From a virus (taxonomy: Duplodnaviria; Caudoviricetes), in the IMG/VR virus record IMGVR_UViG_3300037465_000218, positions 1-61,297 of that record: a stretch of 61,297 nucleotides of DNA; one strand, 5' to 3'. Shown here piece by piece: positions 1 through 7,977 of this stretch. Every line of letters starts with the position of its first letter. The stretch's first letter is position 1. Under the pieces are notes generated by a model that was given only the letters and a program-made list of their open reading frames with translations, made no database searches and had not been told where the DNA came from. A program made the translations under genes and the position numbers.

Positions 1-555
1 GTCATGGTTGCTGGCCCGCATGACCCAGATGAAGATGTCTTCGTCGTCGACGAAGCCACCCAGGCCGGACACACCGGTCTCCTGCAGGTACAGGTAGTCC
101 TTGGCGGTGTCCTGCATCTCCCAGTTCATGCGGGAGTTGGGCCGGCGCACCTGATAGGTGCCCGACTCCAGCTTCACGGTCTGGGGCTGGCCGGTGCGGA
201 CTGCATCGGCGAAGCCCCTCCAGATGGCCTTCAGCTCGGGGAAGCTCTCGACCACCCCGTTGGGCTCGTAGCGATCGTCGATCGGGGGCATGCCCGAGAG
301 GTGGCCTTCGATGGAATCGTCGGCCAGGCCGTAGAGGCAGATGTCGTTGTCCGCCGGTTCCTCTCCCTCCGGGGCCTGGGGCGCAGGCTGGGCCTGTACC
401 AGGGTGGAGAGGTCGGGAAGGGCGGGCATCTTGACGTGAGGTGCAGCCGGGGCACTGGTCGGTGCTGCCGGCTGCGCGTAGGCATCGGCGCTTCCGCCGT
501 GTGCCTCCATCAGGCGCTTGATCAACGCCTGCGCTTGGTTGAAGTCTTTGCTCAT
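1..555 (-). CDS. Hypothetical protein, runs off the window start (MSKDFNQAQALIKRLMEAH...)
   Basis: ATG at 555 overlaps the TGA of the upstream gene (ATGA); frame open to base 1; GC3-rich codons; not in the ORF track. Confidence 0.8.
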   Translation of the reverse strand, partial: MSKDFNQAQALIKRLMEAHGGSADAYAQPAAPTSAPAAPHVKMPALPDLSTLVQAQPAPQAPEGEEPADNDICLYGLADDSIEGHLSGMPPIDDRYEPNGVVESFPELKAIWRGFADAVRTGQPQTVKLESGTYQVRRPNSRMNWEMQDTAKDYLYLQETGVSGLGGFVDDEDIFIWVMRASNHD

Positions 556-1175
556 GCGAGGGGAACCTCCGCTCCAATGTTGGAGATGAGAAGATCGATC
601 TCGTCGCTGCTCAGATCGAAAGGAGAACGAGACTCCACTTCACTGGGGAGAATAGCGAAGTCCCCCAGATCGGTCTCGGAGTCGAACTCGATCTCGTTCA
701 GCTCACGATGCGCACGGGCCGCGAGAAGGTTGGCTTTCAGTGCTGCCCGGTGGGCTGCCTTGTCGGGCACCGTGTTCTGTTCGAGCACGAAGTCCACTGA
801 GGGCACGATGTTGGTCAGCTCCAGGGTGTCGTCGTTGAAGTCGGGCTGTACCGTCTCGTCGATGAAGGTGGTGCGCAGATTCCAGCTGCGCTTCATCTTG
901 GGATCCTCCTTGCGGATGATCTCCACGATCTGCGCACACCACTTCTGCTTGCGCTGCCAAGAGACCAGCACGGTCACGAGCAGAACCACGCTCTTCACTG
1001 CCCAGACGTTGAACGACTCGATCTGGTCCTTCTTGCGGGTGTTGGGAGTGAAGGTAGCGGGGATCTCCAGCATCTGACGGAGCTGGTCTTCGTCGATGTT
1101 CAGGGGCCACACGGTCTGGCCGTCTACGCCATCCAGGATGGAAAGCTCCTGGACGGCGAGTTCTACTTTCAGCAC
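552..1175 (-). CDS. Hypothetical protein
   Basis: 207 aa, GAGGAG RBS, GC3-biased codons, tightly packed with neighbours. Confidence 0.8.
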   Translation of the reverse strand: MLKVELAVQELSILDGVDGQTVWPLNIDEDQLRQMLEIPATFTPNTRKKDQIESFNVWAVKSVVLLVTVLVSWQRKQKWCAQIVEIIRKEDPKMKRSWNLRTTFIDETVQPDFNDDTLELTNIVPSVDFVLEQNTVPDKAAHRAALKANLLAARAHRELNEIEFDSETDLGDFAILPSEVESRSPFDLSSDEIDLLISNIGAEVPLA

Positions 1176-1178
1176 GAT

Positions 1179-1436
1179 CTACTCCTCGAAGTCTTCGGGG
1201 TCGGCACCGCACCAACCACACACGCCGCTCCAAAGGCGGCGATGCTTGTGGCAGACGGTACAGTTCCCGAAGTCGTTGATGTCGGGTTGGGTGAGGTTCG
1301 GCGTCTTGACTCGCAGCGCGCACTCCCCATCGGGGGCTTGCTCTGCGACTTCGGTTAGCTCCACCTCCACGGGATTCGACGCGTTCTTGAGCAGCTGCGC
1401 CCATCGCAGCTGTTCCTCGTGTAGCCGATCGCTCAT
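1179..1436 (-). CDS. Hypothetical protein with C-terminal CxxC...CxxC Zn-ribbon
   Basis: CTVC...CGWC; AAGGAGG RBS. Confidence 0.75.
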   Translation of the reverse strand: MSDRLHEEQLRWAQLLKNASNPVEVELTEVAEQAPDGECALRVKTPNLTQPDINDFGNCTVCHKHRRLWSGVCGWCGADPEDFEE

Positions 1437-1446
1437 GCGATCCTCC

Positions 1447-1578
1447 TTAGACGAGGGAGTTGACGACCAGGGCGGCGGTCGAGGTCAGCACGGCGAACGT
1501 GCCGAGCACGTTGTTGCCCCGGCTGAGCTGGATGAAGCCGGCGATGCCGCCGAGGATGGCGAGGGTGGTGATCAGCAT
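1447..1578 (-). CDS. Small membrane protein (43 aa, two hydrophobic segments)
   Basis: AAGGAG RBS 10 nt before ATG; MLITTLAILGGIAGFIQL... Confidence 0.65.
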   Translation of the reverse strand: MLITTLAILGGIAGFIQLSRGNNVLGTFAVLTSTAALVVNSLV

Positions 1579-1614
1579 GATGACACGTCTCCTTGCGGAT
1601 GTTGATGAGAGGGG

Positions 1615-1645
1615 GAAAAGGAAGGGCCCCACCATGGGGCCCTTC
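1615..1645 (-). terminator. Intrinsic terminator
   Basis: Perfect 10-bp stem GAAGGGCCCC/GGGGCCCTTC followed by CTTTT on the minus strand. Confidence 0.65.
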
Positions 1646-1693
1646 TCTTGGATCCGGATCCCGCTAGGGATCCCTGCGTAGCACAGGATCCCG

Positions 1694-1972
1694 TCAGGGA
1701 TCCATGCGCTGTTCCCAGCAGCGCCCGTCCAAGTCGGCCTGGGCGGCTTCCTTGGTCGGGTAGTACTGGGAGTCTCGGCTGACCGGTCCCTGCTCGTCCC
1801 AGCAGCCTAGGTAGTACCCGGCTCCGGACTGGCAGACGGTCAGCGGGTGATCCTCTTCGAGGATCTTGGCGGCGAGGAAGCTGGTCTTGTGCGTGATGCA
1901 GTGGTTGACCAGTTCCTTCTCCAGCAGATCTTGGGGCGGGCGCGTGAAGGACATGGTTTCGAGGCAGCCCAT
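1694..1972 (-). CDS. Conserved phage hypothetical protein (VCQSGAGYYLG...GPVSRDSQYY motif)
   Basis: Motif typical of small phage proteins; start uncertain (1972 or 2002). Confidence 0.7.
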   Translation of the reverse strand: MGCLETMSFTRPPQDLLEKELVNHCITHKTSFLAAKILEEDHPLTVCQSGAGYYLGCWDEQGPVSRDSQYYPTKEAAQADLDGRCWEQRMDP

Positions 1973-1980
1973 GGGTTCTG

Positions 1981-2715
1981 CTACTTCCATTCGTTCGGCC
2001 ACTGGATCCGCCCCTCATTGAGGCGGAACTTCTGCGGCGCGGTGGGTCGGTTGTAGGAGCACTTCTCGTGGTACAGGCAGCGGGTCTCGTCGCTGCCCCG
2101 CTCCACCACCGGGCGAATCCCGATGATGTTGCGGGCGACCTCGACCAGAGCCCCGCTCCCCCGAGTGGACTTCTTGTCCTTGGTGCGATGGATCACACCC
2201 AGGATGGAGACGTCCTCGGCTCGGCACCACTGGCGCAGGGACTGGATCTCCAGGCGGCTCTTCTTGTAGGCGGTGCCGGCTTCCAGGAAGTTCAGCACCG
2301 GATCGAGAACCACCAGCCGGGGCTTTCCCAGCTTGGTTTCGACTTCCTTGACCATGGCTCGCAGCTCCGTGAGTCCGCGGGGGTAGTTGGCCTGGAGGTC
2401 GAGGTCGTCGATGATGGCCACACGATCGAGGGCCGGGGCGGTCTCCGGCCGCCGAGAGTTGGCCCGCAGGCGGCCCTTGATGATCTCGGCGTAGTCCTCG
2501 GTAGACAGGAACAGGGTCAGGTCTCCATTCTCGGCGATGTTGGCGGCGATGTGGGCGGCGAAGGTGGACTTCCCGATGGCCGGGTCTCCCACCAGGAAGG
2601 TGAGTTCCCCTCGGGGAATCCAGGGCTCGGCCAGGTAGGCCAGCGGCCGGTCGGGGATCTCCCGAGCCAGCCGCACGGCCTCTCCGAAGGTCAGCGGTTG
2701 GGACTTGGCGGCCAT
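1981..2715 (-). CDS. RecA-family AAA_25 (RepA-helicase-like) ATPase
   Basis: Walker A GDPAIGKST, Walker B LVVLDP, GVIH..K and RGSGAL motifs; GGGAG RBS before ATG 2715. Confidence 0.85.
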   Translation of the reverse strand: MAAKSQPLTFGEAVRLAREIPDRPLAYLAEPWIPRGELTFLVGDPAIGKSTFAAHIAANIAENGDLTLFLSTEDYAEIIKGRLRANSRRPETAPALDRVAIIDDLDLQANYPRGLTELRAMVKEVETKLGKPRLVVLDPVLNFLEAGTAYKKSRLEIQSLRQWCRAEDVSILGVIHRTKDKKSTRGSGALVEVARNIIGIRPVVERGSDETRCLYHEKCSYNRPTAPQKFRLNEGRIQWPNEWK

Positions 2716-2720
2716 ACGTC

Positions 2721-3089
2721 TTATCTCCCGTCCAGAAATCTCTGGTAGGTGTGCCCATGGCAGGGCTTGGGGTGGCAGAAGCAGACCAGGGTCTTTCCCT
2801 GGTGCTGGCGCAGGGTGGCATGGATCCACTCCAGGCGCTTGGGTTCGATCACGAACAGGCCCGAGTCTCGGCGGTAGAACCAGTTCTCGAACATGCGGAT
2901 GCTCTCGGAGTGGTCCTTCACCTTGACTTCGGCCAGGGAGATCGGCCGCGCGCTGAACGGGTTGCCATAGTGCATCCCGTTCCGCTTGCGCCCGATGTAC
3001 ACGAAGTGTTCGTCCCGCACCCAGTTCGGGTAGGTCCGATCCAGCTCGTGCTTGTTGGCCACGGAGGTGGCCGGTAGAACCTTCTGCAT
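2721..3089 (-). CDS. DUF4326 family protein
   Basis: VYIGR...YGNPF...GKTLVCFCHPKPCHG signature; GGAG RBS. Confidence 0.85.
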   Translation of the reverse strand: MQKVLPATSVANKHELDRTYPNWVRDEHFVYIGRKRNGMHYGNPFSARPISLAEVKVKDHSESIRMFENWFYRRDSGLFVIEPKRLEWIHATLRQHQGKTLVCFCHPKPCHGHTYQRFLDGR

Positions 3090-3099
3090 GTGTGGTCTC

Positions 3100-3186
3100 C
3101 TAGGTGCGCAGTCGATCGCGCACCGCCATGAGGATTCGTCCCAGCTTATTCTCGCCCCAGTAGGTGTCATTCTCAGGTGAAGCGGG
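3100..3186 (-). pseudogene. NADAR (YbiA-like) C-terminal remnant
   Basis: Frame reads PASPENDTYWGENKLGRILMAVRDRLRT*, matching the NADAR C-terminus (D.YWG...N.LG.ILM.VR..L); no start codon upstream of the motif. Confidence 0.6.
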
Positions 3187-3199
3187 CTCGTGAGAGACA

Positions 3200-3556
3200 C
3201 TAACGCATTCTCACAATCCCATCTTCCACCTTTCCGATCCACTGGTTGGGCTCCAGGGGCTTTCCCTGGGCATCGTGCGTGCGGATCACCCACACGATGC
3301 GTGCGCCCTTGCGGGCGCGAGCCGCTTCCGGGCTGGTCTTGTTGGGATTCTGTTCGACGTAGCGGATGCCTTCGTGGTCCACTCCGATGCAGGCCCCTCC
3401 CGCCATGACCTTGGTACTCACCCTAGCACCACTGGGCAGGCTGAAGAAGCGAACCTTGCTGAAGATGGCTCCCACGATGGCAGCCAGCTCGGGGAACTGG
3501 TCGACGTTCCCGAGCACGCGATCCATCCCGCGGTGGTCGATCTGGGTCTGAGCCAT
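3200..3556 (-). CDS. Hypothetical protein
   Basis: 118 aa, GAGGAG RBS, GC3 bias. Confidence 0.8.
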   Translation of the reverse strand: MAQTQIDHRGMDRVLGNVDQFPELAAIVGAIFSKVRFFSLPSGARVSTKVMAGGACIGVDHEGIRYVEQNPNKTSPEAARARKGARIVWVIRTHDAQGKPLEPNQWIGKVEDGIVRMR

Positions 3557-3596
3557 TCTGGCTCCTCCTCACGAAGCTGAGAGAATCAGAGGTCTC

Positions 3597-3977
3597 TCAG
3601 GCAGGCACCGACTCGTACTGGATGCCCACCCTCTGGAGGGCCAAGCCCAGGTAGCCGGTGATGTTGATGATTCGGTTCAGCTCGCCCACATCCCAGGCGT
3701 CGCTGCTGATGGTGTGTGGTTGGAACCTAGCGTCCAGCTCGATGCCCCTGAAGCGGGCCCGATGGATCTTGAAGCGGGTTTCCTGCGCCCACTTCTCCAC
3801 GGACTCGGGGCTTCCGTGGCGGTGGGTGGTGAAGCGGATCTCCTTGATGCGGTTGGGATCGTAGGTGAAGCCGATGGCTACCTCGCGACCCCGATAGAGG
3901 ATGTCCTCTCCCCCGTAGTTCAGCTGATGGACGAGAAGAAACTCGCTTCCTTCTCGGCGGTAGAAGATCTCCGACAA
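3597..3977 (-). CDS. Hypothetical protein
   Basis: TTG start with AAGGAG RBS 8 nt upstream; 126 aa. Confidence 0.7.
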   Translation of the reverse strand: MSEIFYRREGSEFLLVHQLNYGGEDILYRGREVAIGFTYDPNRIKEIRFTTHRHGSPESVEKWAQETRFKIHRARFRGIELDARFQPHTISSDAWDVGELNRIINITGYLGLALQRVGIQYESVPA

Positions 3978-4078
3978 GACTTGGTCTCCTTGAGCTTGGT
4001 GGCCGGCGCATCGTAGAGCGCCACCCACTGGCAGACGATGCCGATGAGGGCCAGAAGCAGGATTCCGGCCATGATCAT
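3920..4078 (-). CDS. Small membrane protein
   Basis: MIMAGILLLALIGIVCQWVAL...; ATGA-coupled to the upstream ORF. Confidence 0.5.
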   Translation of the reverse strand: MIMAGILLLALIGIVCQWVALYDAPATKLKETKSCRRSSTAEKEASFFSSIS

Positions 4079-4173
4079 CCGATGGACCTCACCAGGATGA
4101 TCGTCACGAAGTGGTCGAACAGGGCCAAGAGCAGGCCCACGCCGGACACTCCGAGCACATGTAGCGGCTTCAT
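4075..4173 (-). CDS. Small hydrophobic peptide (32 aa)
   Basis: MKPLHVLGVSGVGLLLALFDHFVTIILVRSIG; ATGA overlaps at both ends. Confidence 0.55.
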   Translation of the reverse strand: MKPLHVLGVSGVGLLLALFDHFVTIILVRSIG

Positions 4174-4715
4174 GCTCGGTTCTCCTTGATCTCCTCGCAA
4201 AGGCCAAAGAGATCGTCGTGGTTGAAGTTGCGCAGATCGATGAGGCGCACACCTTCGGTCTCCGCGATGCGCATGCCCTGTCCCGTACCACCGAGGCGGT
4301 TCGGAGCAGGAAAGGCGAGGCAGAGGTCGACAGCCATGAAATCGGGGGGAGGGAGCATGATGGAGGAGTTGCGGGACATGAGCTTCTTGGCTCCCTGGCT
4401 CAGGCGATTCCAGGCGGGATGGTGCTTCTGGGCGACCAGCTCGAAGTACTTGCTGCGATCCTCGGTTAGTTCGTCCAGGTTGTGAACGATGTTCTTGTCA
4501 TGGATGGCGTGGCGTTCGAAGTTGTACCAGGGCAGATGCAGATGTACCAACGCGGGATTCACCCGGTTGGCACCACGAGCGAAGGCCTGATCGGCTCCCG
4601 GGGCATTCCCGGTATGTAGCTCATGCCCGCACTCCACCACCCAGGCACCCAGCTTCTCGCAGGTACCCAGGCAGAAAGGATCCAGATCTCGCGAACCAAT
4701 GCACGCAACACGCAT
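4170..4715 (-). CDS. SLOG (DprA/YspA-like) nucleotide-binding protein
   Basis: ACIGSR...HTGNAPGADQAF...RN...GGTGQGMRIA motifs. Confidence 0.85.
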   Translation of the reverse strand: MRVACIGSRDLDPFCLGTCEKLGAWVVECGHELHTGNAPGADQAFARGANRVNPALVHLHLPWYNFERHAIHDKNIVHNLDELTEDRSKYFELVAQKHHPAWNRLSQGAKKLMSRNSSIMLPPPDFMAVDLCLAFPAPNRLGGTGQGMRIAETEGVRLIDLRNFNHDDLFGLCEEIKENRA

Positions 4716-4810
4716 GATTGGTACCTCCTGTTGATGACCACCACACGAAGAGAATACCGAACCCCTACTGGGAGTGCCCTCCGCACTCCCTGGGATTCAT
4801 CTGTGATGTC

Positions 4811-5050
4811 CTACCACGCGCGCGCCAACTCCGGCCCACGCTGGTAGTTCTTGATCGACACCACATTTTTGGGCCGGGTACCCAACAGCAGGCGTCTCAA
4901 CTCTCGACGCTCATGGGCAGGGAGATCGTTTAGCTCCACGGGTTCTCCCATCTTCTCCAACAGGCGTTCGGGCAAGCGATCGATCAGCTGGGTCAGCTTG
5001 TGGCTCACGATCAGGCCGGCCACGAAGGCCAGCAGTAGGTAGAAGTACAC
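4811..5050 (-). CDS. Membrane-anchored hypothetical protein
   Basis: GTG start, AAGGAGG RBS, N-terminal TM segment. Confidence 0.7.
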   Translation of the reverse strand: MYFYLLLAFVAGLIVSHKLTQLIDRLPERLLEKMGEPVELNDLPAHERRELRRLLLGTRPKNVVSIKNYQRGPELARAW

Positions 5051-5131
5051 GGTCTGGCCTCCTTTCGTTGGCCTTGGGCGAAAGAGAAGGGAGAACAACC
5101 TGGCATCTCCAGGCGTTCTCCCGTTCTCTAC

Positions 5132-5416
5132 CTAGTGGACGGTATCCTTCTTGGGCAGGAGACCGGCCGATTGCAGGCGGTTGCGCACTCTCTCGTACGC
5201 ATCGTCCATGGCTTCCTTGGCTCCCGGCACCTGTTCTTCCGCAGTTGCCTGTTGGGCGGGGGTCAAGGTAGCCAAGCGGCGATCCATGGTCATCTCGTAC
5301 ACCGCCGAGATGTCCTCATGGATGCTGGACAGAACTTCCGCTTCGTCGTCAGCGAGATCCTCGTCCAGCAGGATCTCCTTGAGCAGCGCGAGGACCTTCT
5401 CGAACTTGGCGTCCAT
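5132..5416 (-). CDS. Hypothetical acidic helical protein
   Basis: 94 aa, GAGG RBS. Confidence 0.75.
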   Translation of the reverse strand: MDAKFEKVLALLKEILLDEDLADDEAEVLSSIHEDISAVYEMTMDRRLATLTPAQQATAEEQVPGAKEAMDDAYERVRNRLQSAGLLPKKDTVH

Positions 5417-5425
5417 GGCGTCCTC

Positions 5426-5563
5426 TCAGAACAGCAGGTTCCGCACCCAGTCGCCCCAGGTCTTGATGACCAGGGCGAACAGGTAGGTCCCATGCAGGTA
5501 GAGGCCGAACCCAAGGGCACTGGCGAGGGCCCCGTGGGCAAAGCCGTTGGTGTAGCGCAGCAT
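5426..5563 (-). CDS. Small membrane protein (45 aa)
   Basis: MLRYTNGFAHGALASALGFGLYLHGTYLFALVIKTW...; fills the gap between coupled genes. Confidence 0.6.
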   Translation of the reverse strand: MLRYTNGFAHGALASALGFGLYLHGTYLFALVIKTWGDWVRNLLF

Positions 5564-5760
5564 CACTGGTACCTCAGGATGCTGGGGCCGTAGCAGGCCA
5601 GGGCCCGCTCCTCGTGATACTCGAAGACGTCGGCTTCCATCAGGTCGAGGTCGGCCTGGGTCAGGGGCTCGAAGCGCCCCGTGGTGGGATTCAGCTGCAG
5701 GATGCCGAAGGGACCGAAGTCCACCCGGCCCAGCAGTCGGTTGATGAGGCGTCGGAACAT
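5563..5760 (-). CDS. Hypothetical protein
   Basis: MFRRLINRLLG...; AGGAG RBS before ATG 5760. Confidence 0.7.
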   Translation of the reverse strand: MFRRLINRLLGRVDFGPFGILQLNPTTGRFEPLTQADLDLMEADVFEYHEERALACYGPSILRYQ

Positions 5761-5762
5761 GG

Positions 5763-6116
5763 TCAGATACTCCTGATGTTGGGAGCTTCCTGGAACAGCT
5801 GACTCAGCTGACGTGAGGCTTGCTCCCAGTTGAGGCGGCGCACGGCTTCGTCCACCACGTCGGACATGGCAGGGTCCACCGGCTTTTCCCACTCTTCGCG
5901 GGGTCGGTTGATCCAGCGCTTGCCATCGTAGTCGAGCGATGCCTTGTAGACGAGATCGAGGTAGGCGTCGTCCACCTTGATTCCCGGGCACACTCGGGTG
6001 AGTGTCCCTTCGAAGCCACCGCAGGTCGAGCAGGCGAAGCAGTTGCACAGCATGCAACCGTACGGCTGATCGCAGGGGGCGCAGAGGGCTCGGACGTGGC
6101 CGTTGAGGGTGCTCAT
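5763..6116 (-). CDS. Cys-rich hypothetical protein
   Basis: CxxC...CxxCxCxxCxxCGGFEG.L...CPG motif; ATGA coupling. Confidence 0.75.
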   Translation of the reverse strand: MSTLNGHVRALCAPCDQPYGCMLCNCFACSTCGGFEGTLTRVCPGIKVDDAYLDLVYKASLDYDGKRWINRPREEWEKPVDPAMSDVVDEAVRRLNWEQASRQLSQLFQEAPNIRSI

Positions 6117-6334
6117 CGGTTCACCCACTGGCTGTCCCTGCGCGCGGCGGTGCGAATGGCCCCGGTGTTCAAGCGCAGGTGGGTGAGCGAGCACTTCTGG
6201 CAGATGTGGCGACCGGGCAGTCGCGGGTAGCTCCCGCAGGCCTGGCAGCACGAGGTGAAGCACCACCACCAGTAGCGCAGCAGCACGAAGGGTGCGGCGC
6301 ACAGGCGGCGGAGCCAGAAAGGCAGGTGATCCAT
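6113..6334 (-). CDS. Small Cys-rich (Zn-finger-like) protein
   Basis: CQACG...ICQKC; AAGGAG RBS. Confidence 0.6.
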   Translation of the reverse strand: MDHLPFWLRRLCAAPFVLLRYWWWCFTSCCQACGSYPRLPGRHICQKCSLTHLRLNTGAIRTAARRDSQWVNR

Positions 6335-6385
6335 GATGGTCTCCTTGGTTCGGGTTGGTTCAGTGGCTCGCCTTGCGGCTCGCCT

Positions 6386-6598
6386 TTAGTCGTCCGCCGG
6401 GATGCGCTTGCTGTTGGCGTGGCGCAGGGCGAACAGGGCTTCGAGGTCCGTGTCCGGCGGCAGGTCTTCGACCCGCGCACCGTACATCTCGATCTCCTCG
6501 CGGGTATTGCTACCCACGAGGACGAGCATGCACACGGTGAAGAGGAGGTAGGCTCCGAAGGCGAACCATCCCCAGTTGCTTGCGATGAACTCGAACAT
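6386..6598 (-). CDS. Small membrane protein
   Basis: N-terminal TM segment; AAGGAG RBS. Confidence 0.75.
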   Translation of the reverse strand: MFEFIASNWGWFAFGAYLLFTVCMLVLVGSNTREEIEMYGARVEDLPPDTDLEALFALRHANSKRIPADD

Positions 6599-6705
6599 TG
6601 ATTCACTCCTTCCGGTTGATGGGCGTCAAAACGAAGGGAATACAGTGTTCACACCGCGTGTTCACTGTACGTCCGCACAACGTGTGCAGGCTGTTCCTTC
6701 GATGG

Positions 6706-6739
6706 AAAAAGAGGGCGGGCCTCACTAGGAGGCCCGCCC
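6706..6739 (-). terminator. Intrinsic terminator
   Basis: GGGCGGGCCTC/GAGGCCCGCCC 11-bp stem followed by TCTTTTT on the minus strand. Confidence 0.85.
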
Positions 6740-6741
6740 AT

Positions 6742-7065
6742 GTGGCGCACTCTCGGTTTCGGTTCGCTACCGTGTATTCCAACGGGGTTCACAACCTACG
6801 GCAAGGGTGCTCCGACCCCACTTAGATGGGGTACTTACCGGCATCCACCTAGCTGACCAGGCATTGGTGGTCGTAGCCGGGACATTTAGGGCCCACCCTG
6901 GTTGAGGGAGCAACTCTCCCAGGGTAGGCCCAGCGCATGGAGCGCAGTAGCCTTACGGCTAAAGACGGATCGCTCTACATGCGCTAAGATAGGTTGACAG
7001 ACTATGCTCAGCGCGTCCGCGCTTCGCTCCCTTTCGGGATTTGCAGTATCCGGTCTGTCAGCGGA
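6742..7065 (-). ncRNA. Candidate structured non-coding RNA (unclassified)
   Basis: Series of helices (6995-7002/7053-7060; 6932-6939/6978-6985; 6889-6901/6919-6931; 6815-6832); GAAA and GUAA tetraloops read on the minus strand; no credible ORF; ends at a terminator. Confidence 0.5.
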
Positions 7066-7074
7066 TGCTCCGGA

Positions 7075-7368
7075 TCACTTGGGCTGCGGGCAATGCGTGA
7101 CCCGCAGCTGGGTGTCCTCGAACGGCGGATCCCAGGACTCCCTGACCACCCCGCCATCCCGGCAGAGTCTCTCGATCAGGGCGTCATAGTAGCCGCTGGC
7201 AAGGGTCAGCCGGCGAGCCAGCCAATCCTTGTAGTGCAGAGCGTAACCGAAGTCATCTCGGGTACACTCGATGCGTCCCTTGGAGCGTTCCCTCACCTAG
7301 TTGCAGGCTTCGTCAGCGAAGGCTCCGAAGGGCAGGGCGAAGGCGAGGAGGGCGAGGAGGTGCTTCAT
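7075..7368 (-). pseudogene. Secreted protein interrupted by an in-frame TAG
   Basis: Signal peptide MKHLLALLAFALPFGAFA-DEACN, TAG at 7297-7299, then the same frame continues for 73 codons. Confidence 0.6.
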
Positions 7369-7370
7369 GG

Positions 7371-7976
7371 CTACTCCCTCACCCGCTCGATCTCGGTCAG
7401 CATCTTCACCTCGTAGTCGGTGAGGGTCTCACCTTCCACTCGGTTGCGGCCCTGGGCTTTGGCTCGGTAGAGCGATTTGTCGGCGCGTTCCACAAGAGCC
7501 CACCCATCTTCGTCCGTCTCGGACTGCAAAGCAAAGCCCACGCTGATGGTCACCGGAGGGAGACCATTGACGCGGGCTTGCTCTACCGTGCGGCGGATGC
7601 GCTCGGCCATGACGGCCAAGCCAGCGATGCTGGTCTGTACCAAGATGCAGACGAACTCCTCGCCCCCGTAGCGGGCTGCGATGTCCGTGGTCCTGGTACA
7701 GGCCTGGATGATTCTGGCCACCTGAGCGATGACCTCATCACCCACTCGATGTCCGTACGTATCGTTCACCTGCTTGAAGTGATCGATGTCGCACATGATG
7801 ATGCCGAGGTTCTGATCGGTCCCCCGGCGGCGATGCTGGAACATGCCCTGAAGGTGCTGCTCGAAGGCCCTACGTCCCAGGAGGCCTGAGACGCAGTCCC
7901 GTCCTAGCTGCTGGATCTCCTCCTTGGCGGCCTGGAGGGCAGCCTCCAGTTCTCGGATGCGTTGGTACGGATCCAT
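7371..7976 (-). CDS. Diguanylate cyclase (coiled coil + GGDEF domain)
   Basis: DIDHFKQVNDTYGH, RTTD I-site, RYGGEEF, ADKSLYRAKAQGRN; start ATG 7976. Confidence 0.95.
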   Translation of the reverse strand: MDPYQRIRELEAALQAAKEEIQQLGRDCVSGLLGRRAFEQHLQGMFQHRRRGTDQNLGIIMCDIDHFKQVNDTYGHRVGDEVIAQVARIIQACTRTTDIAARYGGEEFVCILVQTSIAGLAVMAERIRRTVEQARVNGLPPVTISVGFALQSETDEDGWALVERADKSLYRAKAQGRNRVEGETLTDYEVKMLTEIERVRE

Positions 7977-7977
7977 G

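Noticed and set aside
6743-6810. tRNA-like 3' end (...GUGCGCCA) with an acceptor-like stem
   Set aside because: No T-loop (TTCRA), D-arm or anticodon arm
7005-7050. GCAAA-stem-GAAA-stem...GACGC resembling a c-di-GMP-I (GEMM) riboswitch near the DGC
   Set aside because: GACGC does not directly follow the GAAA stem, no recognisable P2 receptor, and it is not in a 5' UTR; kept only as part of the unclassified RNA
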